From positions 186,001-250,000 of the forward strand of contig JBEWZL010000202.1 in the NCBI GenBank assembly GCA_045837725.1: a DNA stretch of 64,000 bases. Direction: 5' to 3'. Source of the DNA: Vermamoeba vermiformis. Lineage: Eukaryota. The stretch's first letter is position 1, and each line of letters begins with the position of its first letter. Made by a program: the position numbers and the translations under genes. Below the pieces are notes generated by a model. It saw nothing but the letters and a program-made list of their open reading frames with translations, had not been told where the DNA came from and made no database searches. Shown here piece by piece: positions 1 to 14,030 of the stretch.

Positions 1-422
1 TAATGCGTGGCCTACGGTGCGAATCAAAAATTGCAAATATTAACTTAACGCTGATCTATTTAGACTTACCCTGTGGAACCTCTTCAACATGAGCAAATCT
101 CGGGTCCCCTCGTAGAGACCTAATATCTAAATCATCTGGGACCTAAATGTAATAAGTTACCGCATTAGTTGAACGGTCTGACCTTAACGGAATTCTAGCA
201 TAAAACAAATAAAACAAATCGGATTAAACCTACCTCGATAGAAGCGCTACCGAACTCTGGAAATTCATGCACGATGGATCCAATGTTAGATGCAATATCT
301 TTGACTCGCTGTCCTTCAGCTGCAGAACTTCCAGACTGCTTGACGTAGATCCTCTTTGCCGAGGCCTGCAAGATGAAGCCAACGAGGACAATAGCAACAA
401 AAAGATTATGTTTTGTGGCCAT
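1..422 (-). CDS. Secreted subtilisin-like (S8) protease, 5' part (signal peptide and I9-like propeptide); continues beyond the window start
   Basis: MATKHNLFVAIVLVGFILQASA signal peptide, then KRIYVK...IVHEFPEFGSASIE spliced to VPDDLDIRSLRGDPRFAHVEEVPQ (exon ~70-142), which is a typical subtilase propeptide pattern. A subtilase C-terminal remnant lies next door. Confidence 0.6.
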
Positions 423-714
423 CGTGCGGTGTTCAAGCGGTTAAAAGAAAAGTCAACTTTTGATGCTTCCAAGAATAAATTGCCTCCCTCCTCTAGTGCT
501 TTCTTTGTCCCGTCACAATAGTAGCCAACGGTCAACTCCAGAGGCAAGAACTGGGTAGCTTTTTTGCGAAAGGGAAAGGTATCAACCGTTTGATTAATTT
601 ACGCATCTTTGCGAGCCTGACATTGACATGTTCAGAATTACCGTTAATAGATTTACGATTATGCGCACACAAATGATTTTTTAATCTTTATATTCGATAA
701 TAGAAAAGAAGTAC

Positions 715-1106
715 TCACAAGTCTTGACAAAGATTGTAATAATAGTTCCAAACCATGACGTTAACTGACTGGCATCCGACGTTGCAGATCTAGGCTTTGA
801 AGGTGACTCCAGGGGCAAAGTATGCAGTGCCAACTATACTAATATCAATATCATGCTTAAAATCAAGACAAACGTTACCGTTAAAAGCGACATGTAGAAC
901 CGTTCCAAGTTGAAAACGTCACCACGTGGTGCTACCAATATTCGCACTCGTAGCAGTCAATCTCAATTAAGTCGCAGAAACTGATGAACGAAGGCATATT
1001 GAAGACGGTCAATGGCGCGCATTAATTTTGCCGTAACCGTACTCGTTGTCCTTGCCAGGCTCGCCAAGATCAGAAATTTGAATGTAGGTAGGATCAGATT
1101 CCATTT
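715..1106 (-). pseudogene. Decayed 3' fragment of a subtilisin-like protease gene
   Basis: DLGEPGKDNEYGYGKINA is the classic subtilase C-terminal motif. It is followed by several in-frame stops and residual GT-AG splice sites, and no catalytic exons are visible upstream. Confidence 0.55.
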
Positions 1107-1465
1107 TGGCTTTGTGGCGCCAAAAGAACCTTATATTTGAATATCTAATCCGACCGTAATAATTGCACGCCCAAGTGATAAATGAAATAAATACGTATTT
1201 CAATAACAAGAGCCAGCAGATCTGAACCAGCTCTGAATTTCCTGAACACGAAGGATTAGATTTCAGTATTGGTCGAGCATTCCATTGTACATTGGATAAT
1301 TTATTCACAGAACCAACCACAAAAACATAATAGACAAAAGTCAAATCCATCCGAAATTTCTTAAAATTCTTTTCGAGTTTCGCAACCCCCAACAAAAATA
1401 TTTGGATAATTTCAGAACATTAGTCCAGTCTAAATTTGAACGCGTAACCACAAAAAACAGAGAAA

Positions 1466-2445
1466 ATGAACAAAAATATTCAGTTGTGCTTACTCATCCT
1501 GGGTGGATTTGCTTTACTAGCTTCTTGTACGTGGCTTCTGAAGCAAGATGTGGCCCCTCTAACATTATCCTATAGGCGAAGAATATATCTTAGAATGGAA
1601 CTCATACGTTAATTATAAAAACACAATCAACATTGGGTACGTGTTACCTCGATCCAGAATTCCTGTAGTCACTCGGTCTAATGTTCATCGCAGGGATACC
1701 ATTACTTGGATTACGTGGGATGGAGAAACTCATTCAGTCCAAACTATTGACGGAACTGGCGAGCTAGATTCAGGATTTTTTACTGGATCGCTAAATCGTA
1801 AGAAAATTATTGACCTATAAAGATAATATGATATTCTAACGTGGCTTAAATGTAACAGAAAATGCTTCGTTTAGCCATACCTTCAATAAGGCTGGCACTT
1901 TCAAGTACTATTGCTCGTTGCACGCATCTATGATGATGGGCGAAGTCACTGTTATTGACCCTAATGGTAATTTTCCTAGCGTTACTTTCATAATGTAATT
2001 ACGTACCATTCACAAGCCAAAAATAAGTGTCGAAACTTGACCGAAAACTAAAATTTTGGTATTCCAACCAGCCCCAGTAGATCCACCAGTCGCCGTGCCA
2101 GTCGCTGCTCCCGTCGCTGAAGTTCCCATCACGCCACCCCAGCCGGTGCCTGTTGCAGCACCCATATCAGTTGAGGTCCCTGTAGCTGCACCTATTGAGG
2201 CTCCAGTTGCTCAAACACCCACTGACACGATGCCACCTGTAACTTCCGCACCCACGCAAGTTGTAACTCCGGCCACGACATTGCCTCCTACTCGCAACAA
2301 TAGTAAGTCAGAAATATACATACCTTCGATGAATGTGAGACTAATTTAAATCCTTGTAGACAATCAACCAAACGTTTCTTCTGGTCGAATGTTGTACGGA
2401 TCTGCTTTGGTGACGGCATTCGCAGCATGCGCTATAATGTTTTAA
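1466..2445 (+). CDS. Secreted, probably GPI-anchored type-1 copper (plastocyanin/amicyanin-like) protein with a Pro/Val/Ala/Thr stalk
   Basis: Spliced: MNKNIQLCLLILGGFALLASC (signal) ... GDTITWITWDGETHSV ... FSHTFNKAGTFKYYCSLHASMMMGEVTV (His, Cys, His, Met ligands), then the PVAAPV stalk and the hydrophobic tail SSGRMLYGSALVTAFAACAIMF*. Confidence 0.85.
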
Positions 2446-2540
2446 TACTAAACAAATGTTAATATAATACCTCAATGTACATAAAAGTAAAACTTACGTT
2501 TATTTATTCACAAGTTGGTTTCCATATTCGCATCCAGATC

Positions 2541-4722
2541 TTATTCTTCGTCTTCTTCGTGGTGATTATTATTGACGTTATTGTTATTAATATTGTTTTT
2601 GCGAAGTTCAACCAGGGCTTGAATATACTCCGCAATAACTCGATCCACGTAGCAAGTACCACTGGGCCACAAACCTTCGACAAAAGACACGTGACCTCCC
2701 TTCTTAGTAACGGCCAATATAATATTCTTATTGTTTTGTGCTTGTTCTCGTGGAAGTGCTGTCGGATCTACAATCGGATCGTCGTAGGCATTGACGAGCA
2801 GGGCTGGAATGGCAATATTGTGGATGTACTGGGCTGAACTAGCATCCCGATAGTAATCATCGACACTAGGATAGCCAAACACTACGCGCGTGAATTTATC
2901 GTCGAAATCACGCAATCTCTGGGACTAAAAGGCAAAAAAAAATTGGTTAGCAAGTGTTCAGATCCGAGTACTTTTTGATGTTGGTTATACACTATATAAT
3001 CGATTATAGGATTAATAATATTATAGTATATAGCGGGCGAGTAGCTCTATCGATTTATGAATTTAAATAAAATCGTACGTTTTTAGGGGAGTGGGAGTTG
3101 TCGCCGGATCTTACCTTGAGAATGACATCAAAATCCAATTCAGGCACATTTCGATATGCTTCTTTTTGGCTGTAAGAATACAATATTAACATATTATATA
3201 GTATCAAATAGTATTATCGGTACGACATACCCTTTGAATGTCTTAACAGTACTAGAGGTCAATTGCCAGTTATAGAACGGCGATTTAGCCATAACTTCGC
3301 TGGACTTGACAAAATCGAACGGATTTGACACGGAGACTGCTCCGCTCAACGGGGTTTTATCGCCCTCTTCTCCGAGGTATTTAACCTAATAAGGAAACAT
3401 TAGGAACTGTGAAGTCAAGTTGCAAAAGTCTTCTAGCTACTTTTAACATGCAAACAAATCTACTTACCAATATATTACTGCCTAAAGAATATCCGACTGC
3501 AAAAATAGGTGCTTCAGGGTACTCGTTTCGGATGTGGTTGCAGACTTGTCTCAGATCTCCCGTGTAAGCACCGCAATATGACTTCGGAGTCTATAATGCA
3601 AGGATTACATATTAATGACGCATATATTTGCTTTCTAAGCAATATTAGTGAATTTTCTCTGGCAACTAAATAATTTAACAAAATTTTAGCCGGATCTGCT
3701 TCGGCAAATTGACTTGCAAATATACCAATTCGATATAATTGCGAATATCTATCGTACCAATAATTCAGTGCCATTAGTTCCACGATAATTCATCGCCACG
3801 CATTTGACACGCATTCGACGGCGCAACTCTTTCGCTGTATGTCGCAAATAAATTGAGCGAGAACCTCCATTAAGACCTACAACACTTTATTAGCATCATG
3901 TAATTATATATAAGCTAATTATAAAGCGAAGAATGTCGGTTAGAATCTAAATTGGATCTCGTACAAAAGTTGATCCGGCGATGGTTCATTTACGGGACAA
4001 GAATTAAATTGCTATTATTTAATATGAATTGTAATATACTTACCAGGAATAAACAAGACAATAGGAACTCTGTCATCATTAGCTGTAATTTTATCTTCGA
4101 ACCAATCCAGACCCAAAACGCCACTATCTTCCAATGATAGAATTTCTCTGTATATTTTATAATTGTTATTATAACGATGTATATTAAGAATATTGTTATT
4201 GCAATTTACCTGCGACGTTCGAAACTAACGTGTCCTCTGAATAAAACTCCCGCGATCGTGTTCAAATGATTGTTGTAGCACCAAATAGTTGGCCAATAAG
4301 CTTGATGTAATGAAGGGCACTATGTATGGATTTGTTAGTGATTTATTATGATATAGTTTTGATCTGGATCCCGCGCGAAAATCATAAATTCCACGGGAGC
4401 ATTGTAAATCGGAAATTAATATTCAAAATATTATGAATAAATTAATAGACTACTAATCTACTGGGATTTATTACTTTACCTTGTTTAGAATTTCTTGATT
4501 CGTTTCATTAACGTGGTGATACAATTTCGGCTTTTTAACGACGCGAATCCAATAATCCAATATAAATAATACAATACCAAGTACTACAGGTGCTGGTATC
4601 ATAACTTTTCGTTGTTTTAGTTTCGGTATTAACTGTTGTAAACGTATCCGCAATGCTTCTTTGACGGAGCTAAAACTAGTTAGCCCGAAATGCTCGAGCG
4701 CTCTTCGCAACAGATCTGACAT
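2541..4722 (-). CDS. Alpha/beta hydrolase, ABHD1/2/3 (YheT-like) family, with an N-terminal membrane anchor; about 8 exons
   Basis: Exons give PGLNGGSRSIY, NYRG, VGYSLGSNILVKYLGEEG (nucleophile elbow), RDFDDKFT..FGY.SVDDYY..ASS, NAYDDP and GGHVSF. Confidence 0.92.
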
Positions 4723-5276
4723 AATACTACACGAAATTTGATAGTATTCTGTATACCTGTTGTCTTCTTATCGGTTCAGACACGAAAAATCATGCGACAA
4801 AGCTTCAGCGCAAACTATTTTTCCGATTGCCTCGAACACGTGATGAAATTACCATAAAAGGAGCTACGAACACTGGTGCGCGTGTAATTCCTTGGTACTA
4901 CGACATTTCCTCGCGTGACTGTCCAACGGTTTTGGGAACAGATGCGACTCCAGTGCACTCACAAGCAAAATAACACTTTCAGACATTCATCTCCTAATAA
5001 ATTTTTCGCATAGAGCTGCTATTGTAATCTTACCCTCTGGAATTATTTGGATCGCGATCCCAAGCTTGGGTGACTGGTTGTGCTACATAATGCCAAGACT
5101 TGGAAAACAGGTAATTTAGCTCTACTATTGGACAATATATTTAACTGTTCAATATCCTCATTGGTGTCATGTACATTCACCAGCATGCAAAGAAAATTTT
5201 TGACAAGTACGGTAATTAGCCAATGCAATATTTAGAATAAAGCTGCTTTATTAGCTACAATTTGGCCATTCAATTA

Positions 5277-8200
5277 TTATTTTCTAGGTGCCCACATGGC
5301 AGAGTTGCCAAATTGAGGAGGCTGTGCTGCAGGTTGAGGTGCTCCACCAAAGCCGCCAAAACCGGTCGTTGGCTGTCCTCCACCAAAGCCAGGCGACGAT
5401 GAGGCAAGTTGACTGAAAGGACTTCCACCAGCTGTAATTACACAGGTTAATATTAAGTCATAGCCGTGTATGAAAGGCAACGTACTGCTTGGTGAACCAA
5501 AAGTGCTGCCAGATCCAAAGACACGAGGTGCGTTAGTAGTCGCTTGAATTTGTTGTTGTACTGCTTGAGGCTGAAGTAACGGTCAGGTAATGATAACAAC
5601 AGATTGACGTATGTCACGTTGAGGAAGCAGACCAATGACTTACGTTTCCAAGACCGAAGCCAGGAGTTGCAGGAGAGCCAAAAGTTGAAGTAGATCCAAA
5701 CGACGCTGTTGGGCCACCTAAAATAAAGGTGTTAATGGATGGAAACAAGGTATGGCTTTTGGGCACTTACCCAATGAAGAGCTTTGACCGAACACGGATC
5801 CAAGCGAACTTTGTTGACCGAATGAAGCAAAAGGCGAAGATCCAGAGCTTGGCGCTGGTGTGCCAAACGATGTTGTAGGCGCGCTAGGTTGCGCAGCAGG
5901 TGTCGATGGTGTAGAACCGAAGCTGGATCCGAAGGTCGGTTGCGTCAAGAAGGATCCGCTAGTAGTACCACCAAACAAGTTGCCAGTAGATGGTGTAGTG
6001 GTAGCTGCTGGCGTGGTTGTGGCGCCACCGAAAGGATTCGTAGCTGGTTTATTAGGCTGTGCTGCGGGTCCTCCTAATGACAAGCCAAAAGACAGGCCAC
6101 CCGTGCTCGTGCCACCAGGTGCAGTGGTAGCTGAGGGTTGTGTTGTGCCAAAAGTGCTTGGCGTTGATGGTGTTGATGGTTGTGCACCAAAGCCGAAGCT
6201 TGGCGTTGATGAGCCGAAGCCAAAGCCAAAACCTGACGAAGTATTAATAGCTAAAAAAAAAGTGTGACAAGCAAATGTCTTACCAGAAGCAGGGGTGGCA
6301 GGGGTTGTGGGCTCAGTAGGCTTAGCCGCGTCAGGCTTTGCAGGTGTAGTAGTAGCTGCAGGAGTGCCAAAAGTGCTTGTAGTACCTGTTGTCGTGGTTG
6401 CAGGAGCGGATCCCAATCCGAATGTGCTCGAAGAACCCGAACCAAAACCAAAAGTGCCAGATGTGCCGCTCGAACTACCAAATCCAAAGCCTGTGCCAGT
6501 AGTAGTGGATGTGGTTGATGGGGCTGTAGTGGCCGTGGTGCCTGTGGCAGTAGTTGTTGCCGTGCCCGTAGTACTCGTGGCAGGAGTTGATGTCGCGGGT
6601 GTTGTTGTGGCTGTGCCAGTAGTAGTAGGCTTGCTACCATCAGTGCCCGGTATCGTGCCAAAGCTGAACGTTGATGAGCCTGTGGCAGGTGTGGTAGTTG
6701 CAGCAGGCTTCGTGTCAGTCTTTGGTGAAGACGAAGTTGTGGAACCAAACGTGAAAGTGCTTGAGCCCGATGTGGGAGGCTTATCACCGCTAGTAGTAGT
6801 GCTTGGTCCGCCAAATGTGAATGAGCTACCTAACGTGGTGCCAGCAGGCTTATCAGTAGATGGTGCGGATGTCGCGGGTTTAGTTCCCGGTGAGGTCTTT
6901 GGATCGGATGTGCTCGTGCCAGTGGCGGGTTTAGTGGCGTCTGTAGCGCCCAAAGAACCAAACGAGAATGTGCTTGATGTGCCCGTTGCTGGCTTCGTGT
7001 CACCTGGCTTTTTGTCTCCGCCAGTGGGACCACCGAACGAGAACGTGTTTGCACCGAGAGATGACAACGAGCCAAAGCCTAATGAGGAAGTTCCACTCGT
7101 GCCTGAGCTAGTCGAAGGAGCTGTTGTGGCGGCGGGTTTGTTGGTATCTGACGTTGTCGTGCTTGGTGCACCAAATCCAAATGAACTCGTGCCAGGCTTG
7201 GTTGAATCGGCCGTGCCGAAGCTAAATGATCCCGAAGTGCCTAATGGCTTTGCTTGGTCTGCTGGCTTCGGAGATACTTTTGCAGCACCGCTCGGCGGCA
7301 CCGCGCCAGGACGAGGACCAGTGGTTTCAACATAACTGTCTTCTGAGTCCTCACCTTCTTCTTCTTCCTCGTCTTCCTCTTCTGGATCGTGGTAAGACAC
7401 AACTAAAAACAGCGTCAATAAAATTATTTTGTGAAACGATCAAGTGTGCACAATCCGGAATTTGAGCTCGGATAAACTGTCTAATGAGACAAGCCATCCG
7501 AAACTAATAGTTTAAACTTACGTGTTTGAGGTGCACCAGTCTTTCTCTTCTCTCCCGGCTTAGGTCCGGTCATAGCAGTGGGTGCAGGACCCTTTGTAGC
7601 TCCCGCATTGAAATTGAAAGCAGATGCGGGGTTGGAAGTAGATCCGCTCGTATTTAACGTGAACGGCGCTGCGGTCGTCGATTGGGCAGGCTTGTTGGTA
7701 TTGCTACTGCCAGTAGAAGGTTGACCGAATGAAAATGACGAGCCTGTCGTTCCAAAACCGAATGATCCAGAACCATTCAACGAGTTTCCAGAAGTTTTGG
7801 CAGCAGCGACAGGAACTTGGGGACGAGGCTTAACTGGTGATGGCTTGGCCTGCTCGGGCTCTTCGTATTCCTCCTCAGGAGTACCTTCTTCATCGTCGTA
7901 TTCCTCGTCGTACTCTTCGTCTTCTTCCCACTCTTCTTCCTCGTCTCCGTCTTGATCTTCAGCCACGCCAAATTTGATGCGGCCAGTAGTAAATTGTGTT
8001 CCGCTTGCGGATAAGGATTTAGCAGGGGATGGTGTCGGTTTGATTAACGCGGAATTGGTCAAATTAGGCACGCCAAACTTTTGCCCAGCCAAAAAGTCTT
8101 TGTTGTCGCTTGTAGCCTGATTACTGTTCGTGTTAGGCGCCGTTGGTTTTTGCTGCATTTTCTTCAACATCTCCGCGGTCGAGAGTTCTTCGTCAATAGA

Positions 8201-11200
8201 GCCCTCATCGTCGTCGATGACGCGAGCTGCGGGTTGTTTCGTTGGAGCGGTAGTAGGGAATCCAAATTGCATCGGGACAGCCGCTACTTTTGAAGGTGCT
8301 GCCGACCATTGTGGACCAGTCGAGGGCGCCGCTGAAGGGGCAGGAGCAGCAGCGAAAGGCGAGGACATCATAGCTGGCTTAGGCTGGTTCAAGAGGTTGG
8401 TTGACATGGGTGACACGCCCGCAGTAGGTGTCATCTTAGGTGTGACACTTGATATTTGTGAAGAAGGAGTGGATGTTAACGATGACGGTTGTCTGTAGCT
8501 TTGAACTGGCGTCGATGGAGTCAGCTTGAGCTCGAGCAAGTCCTCGGGAATATTGACGACGTTGGTGTTCGGCTTAGATCTGCCAGTGCTGACAAATCTT
8601 TGTTTCAAGATCTGCTTCAACTCGCGCATTCTTGAACCTGAAGGCTGCTTGTTATAGTAGTAATAAGGCATCTCCGGATCAAAGTCGATGTTCTCGGTTG
8701 GAGCGGCCATAACTGAGGTAGGATTGTACGAAAATTGCGGTTTGGATTGCAATGTGCGCGAAATTTTCTTCACCTTTTGAGCGGATCTACTTAGTAACAA
8801 ATGTTAGTATTTAGCGAACCACGCTATATTTAGGTGCGTCAAGAATGATTTACGTTAAATGACTCGATATGAAATCGTAATTTGGATTTCAAAATTGCGT
8901 TGCGGTTACTTACTGAACTTTCTTCAAGTCGTCCCAAGCAGCACTAGGAACAGGTCTGCCCTCCGCTGCCAATCGCAGCTGGATCCGGTTAAATGCATCC
9001 GAGAGCTGCTTGATTTTCTGTTTTTGATTCGCTACGATTTCGTAGTGGCTGCGCAGAGTTCCGTAAAGTGAAGCGAGAGTTGGCACCTTGAAGACTTTAT
9101 CACTGAATAAATTTTAAAATTAGTAGGATTCTTTCTATTAAAGGCAATTATCTATTTAAGGAAAAAGGAGGATCGCGTGACGTGCCAATAACATTTGTTT
9201 CATGAAACGATTTTTTTAAATTGCAATGCCGAATCGAAAATAGAATCTCAACTTACTCTCGTTTGCCACGTTTGATCATCATGGAATCTAAATATTGTTC
9301 GACTTGCTTAACGCTGCTATCTACTTCGTTGATTAGGCGTTTCAACTTTTTGCGGGTTTCTTGGGATTCGGGATCCAAGTTGCGCGAGTCCAACAAGTGT
9401 TGATAGGACTCATCTTGGCTTGCCATAATCAACGATTCAGCTTCTTGGGCAAAAGCAAACGCTAAAAATAGAAACGAGTTTAATAAAGGTCGTTGAAACT
9501 TCAAGATTCTCCGTTAAATTAAAATAATTATCGGCGACCAATTTTAACCGCACTCAAATTAGTTAAAAGGGCCCAAAATTTGATCCAAATTGCAATCTTA
9601 AACAAATGCAAAACGAATCTAAATGAATTAAATAATGCCAAAGATTCTTTCTTGGCGCCACGTACCATCCAAAAAGTTGATCTTTAAAGCGTCAACTTGG
9701 CGTTTCAATGCTTCAATTTCAACGTTATCTCCGTCTACTTTAGCCATAATATCGCTCGTTGATGCACAAAGCTGCGTCAGCTCTGCTTCAGTGAACGGGA
9801 GTTTCTTCTCAGGAGGCATTTTAGCACCTTGTTGAATAGCCTTAATCTTGTTGACTGTATCAGCGACCCATCCATGAGCACGTCTCATTGCTTCGTTGAA
9901 AATCGCGATCTGCTCCATAAATTGCTGTTCGATCCCGCGTTCAGGGTTGATCGGTCGGGAAATTAACTCTTGAGCTGTCACTCCTTGTTTGGGCTTAGCC
10001 GCTTGTTGTCCTTGAACAGGTTGAGGCTGAGGAGGTTGAGCCGCTTGAGGTGGCTTAGTCGAAGGAACATTCTGGCCGATCGAAGGTGTACCTTGGCTAC
10101 CAGGAGGTACTTGTGAGCTTGGTGTGCTCAAATTAATTTTAATAGGAGCTGGCTGTGCTTGAGTAGTAGGAGCCTATCGAATAAAAATGAATGAGAACAT
10201 GTCCCGTGTGACTTCGGCTAGATTTGCGAAGAGGTGTGTACCTGTTGTGGGGATTGCTTCGGCGCAGGTGCAAATGAAATTGCCTGCTGAGACGACGTCT
10301 TGGGAGGGGCAGCAGTAGTTGGTGCAGTCGCTGTCGACGGTGCCTTCGGCTTCGCATCAAAAGTGAAGCTTGTCGCGCCAGATCCAAATCCAAAGTCAGT
10401 AGCCGGGGCTTGCTTGGGAGGCGCTAAGAAAAAACGCTTAATAACTTGTGTATAAAAGTAATAAACAGATACTACGGAAATGCGGTGAATCGAAAAATCT
10501 TCGGCAGATCTCGATCCAAATTAATTGATGCACAGATCATTAAAGATCAAAATAATTCACGATCGTGTGCTAAAATTAAATCTGTGTTTTAAGGATCTGA
10601 ATTTAAACGGCAAGGAGGCAGGGAAGGTGGCCGAAATGAAAAATTTGTAGATCTGCTCGAAAATGATGCCACTTTCGCGATAATGCGATAAGAATGCATT
10701 CCAATTATTGTTGATTTAAGAATTTGCTAAAGCACTTCAGCTAAAGAGATGGATAATTTCAATGACGTGGATGCAGAAAATTATTGGGAGTCTCGCGGCA
10801 ATGACTCGCAGTACAGCGACCTCAAAAACTTCTATTCGAGCGCAGAAATTCAAAAAGACTTGAATAGAGACGCGAACGCGCTTCATAATGAGGTCGAAGT
10901 ACGAAACATTGGAAAAGAACTCCACGACAAGCAATTACAAAAGCAAGAACGCAGATCACCGTCAATAAATAGAGAAGAAAATAACAAAAAAAGATCTAAC
11001 AATCCTTTGTACGAAAATGTCACGTCAGACGAATAAAGAAAGCGGGAGTAGATCCGGAAAATTAAAGAGAAAAATTTCAATTCAACTAAACAGGAGCAAT
11101 TTGACTTACCAGCTTGAGCTCTTCGCTGAACAGATGGAGAACTAACAGAAGACGGCCTACATTCAAATCACATTAGAATAGGTGCAATTAATATTAAATT

Positions 11201-14030
11201 AATATCAAAGGATGTCGTACTCTGGATTGCTCAGACCGAACGAAAACGCGCTTCCAGATGAACCAAGCTTCGGTGCGTCGGCTGTAGGTGGCTTATTATC
11301 TATGCTCAAGTTAGTACCAGCTAAAGATCGGAAATTTTAAGTCAGTTTACCGGTTGGCTTTGGGGTCGTGTCGCCAAATCCAAAGCTAGTAGAACCAGAA
11401 CCAAATCCAAACGGGTTTGCATCTTTCTTATCATCTACATATACACGTTATTATGACTTGCGATTTCAATGCCTTTACCTTTCTTTCCAGCATCCGCAGT
11501 TGTGCTAGGTCCAAACGAGAATGTGTTCGACCCAGAGCTCGATAAACCAGTTTTAGGTGCAGCGGGCGTCGCCGTAGGCTTGTCGAATTGTGTGGGTGTT
11601 CCAAAGCCAAAATTGAACGAGCCTGGATTGCTCGGGGTTGCAGATGTGCCAGCGGTCGAGGATCCAGCAGGAGTTGAAATTCCAAAGGTGGAGCTTTGCT
11701 GATTCGTGGGTGCGCTTGGAGTTGTTGTTCCAAATCCGAAACTATTCGTCGATGTACCACTTGTGAAACTCAAAGAGGACACGGTGTCCCCAAATCCAAA
11801 ACTGCCTGTCGAACCAGACTTAGGTGCACCTGGTGTTGGCGTTTGAGTGGCGGCATTATTGTTTGCCGATGTCGTTGCGCTATTAGGAGACGCAATTGGT
11901 GCACCAGAATTCACATTGGACGTGACCGATCCTCGCTGTTTCGGGGCTGGTAGCGCAGGCACATTTGAAACCATGAACGGTGCAGCATTATTGTAGGCCT
12001 TGTTGACGAAATCAAAGGTGCATAGTCGACCCTATGAAGTAAATCGATGGTCAGAACAAAACTTCGTAGATCGAGTTTGCCGTTTCAGCAATTTCAGAAT
12101 TCAACCCGCAGAAGGCAAGATATCATATGTTATGCCTTGCTATTAATGTCATATTTCGGGGGCACATTCCCGAATGATAACCTGTCAGAATTCTATTTCG
12201 TTGTTTACCGTCTTTAATTAATTGACAGATCTGTCAAGTCGGCAAATTGCAAAAAAACGAATAAAGAATGAAATCATATCGAATTACCTCGTGAGTAACG
12301 AAAACAAGCAATGGAGATACGGGGTAAAACGTGTCCTCGCCCTTCTTGAGTTGTCTGATATAAAACCGCACAATTAGTTCTTACGTTCCGAAAGATTCAC
12401 ATCCGCTAAAAATATTGCAAACACGTGCTTAATCCATTAATATCAATAAATCAAGAAATCGCAATGTAAAATTGCTTTTCACAACGTCTCTTGCACAAAT
12501 CAAGTCTGATTTCCAACGGATGCGTACCGAAGGGAAATGGTAACTTACACAGTGTTGGTATAATCGAATCCCATACCAAGGATGAAGTTCTCCATGGGCA
12601 CGTTTGGCCGGGCGTCATCCATTAAGATGGCGGTAAACCACTTTCCATCGTCGTCTTGGCTCATGACCTCGATGTCTTGCGCGCCAGTGGTGACCCACAG
12701 CAACGCCTTCCTGATTTTGAAATGGGTTAGACGCCTATGAATTTTGTTTGGATCGCGCCAAAATGTGCACCAATTTTCATTGCGCAACGCACGTGCAGCG
12801 ATGAATAGACCAAGATTTTAAAAGATTTCATGAAATGATGATCTGGATGAACGTACCATTCTTTAATGTAAGCTGTTGAAAAGCTCGGGTTTTCCGTGTC
12901 CGTTTGAGCAATCATCTTTTGAGCCTCGTAATCATCTCCCTTTAACGTGATCATCAAAAATGCCACGTCAGTCTCCGATAATGAGTAGCCAACACCGATC
13001 ACGTTATCGTCAAACCAGCGGATGTAACTTGCTAAATCAAGAATTGCACGTCAGAAGTTGACAAGCACACGAAATTGTGTTAAAATTCGTACCATCGGCA
13101 GAGTCATTTCCGTCCGCTTCCAATGCTGGCAGTGAGCGACTAGCACTGTAACTGTCTCCGTTCTTTGTGTATATCTCAATCTTTCCGTCCTCGAGCAAGC
13201 AAGCAATCGTGTTTTGCGACGGGTGCCACGAAACTAGTACAAAAATAACCGTTATTACTTGCGTGCTGACAGTCGAACACGCCGAGTGTCGTTATAATAA
13301 GAAAGGGAAGCGATATATTCGCTGTAGTATACGTACTTGACATGACATCACGCAGTGTTGCTACGCTAGTTTGAGACCCTGTGGACACGTTGTATTCTAT
13401 TACTCGACCATCAGCCAGCTTCACAGCGAATGTGTTTGGGTCTGTCGCATGCCAACGAAGATCCTCAACTTCGGAGTTAAAGTCGGGGGAAGCAAAAGAA
13501 GCCACATCCTGTCAGTACGAAAAATTGGTAACTAATCACACGCGGCACCTTAAGTCTAAACTTACTCTTCCCGCGATCTTAGGGATATCGTACAATAATA
13601 CTTTTGTGCTATTAGTGATTACAACAGAGAGGGTGAGGTGATCTGCTGCAAGACCGATCGAGGTTGCATTGTCTTCCAAAGGAATCTGAACCGTGCTACC
13701 ATGGTCCGATGATTTTTTATGTAAATTTTGACTTCGAATAAAGCGAAGACCTTGATAAAATAATAATTAGCGTTATTGAGAATAATTAGAAAAAAACAAT
13801 AATAATTTTTTAAATTAATAGCGGCTCTATTTACGTTAATCTCGCATATAATATAATGTGAAATTACCTTTTTTAATAGCTGCAATAACGAAACCATACT
13901 TATTTGAGACTAGGATCAAGTTACCGATCGCAGACTCTACCGATCCAAAACCGGTTCCAATACTGACATTTTCTTTCTCTTTGAAGACGAAATCTTCAAC
14001 GTCATTAAAGTCAGTCTCCTCTGCGTCCAT
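5277..14030 (-). CDS. NUP214: FG-nucleoporin Nup214/Nup159 homolog (beta-propeller, low-complexity FG region, coiled coil, long C-terminal FG repeats)
   Basis: The N-terminal exons look like a propeller (NLILVSNKYG, LRWH.., LGMGFDYT). A central coiled coil (LDPESQETRKKL) is flanked by very many xFxFG/FG repeats. The gene is multi-exon and ends SAMWAPRK*. Confidence 0.85.
10749..11036 (+). CDS. Possible 95-aa hydrophilic ORF nested antisense in a long Nup214 intron
   Basis: ATG-initiated ORF (gagATGG) lying inside the ~686-nt intron at 10424-11109. No recognisable domain. Confidence 0.25.
   Translation: MDNFNDVDAENYWESRGNDSQYSDLKNFYSSAEIQKDLNRDANALHNEVEVRNIGKELHDKQLQKQERRSPSINREENNKKRSNNPLYENVTSDE

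Noticed and set aside
5860-8498. Long plus-strand Val/Gly/Pro-rich ORFs (for example 6295-7335)
   Set aside because: Antisense shadows of the low-complexity FG-repeat exons of Nup214.
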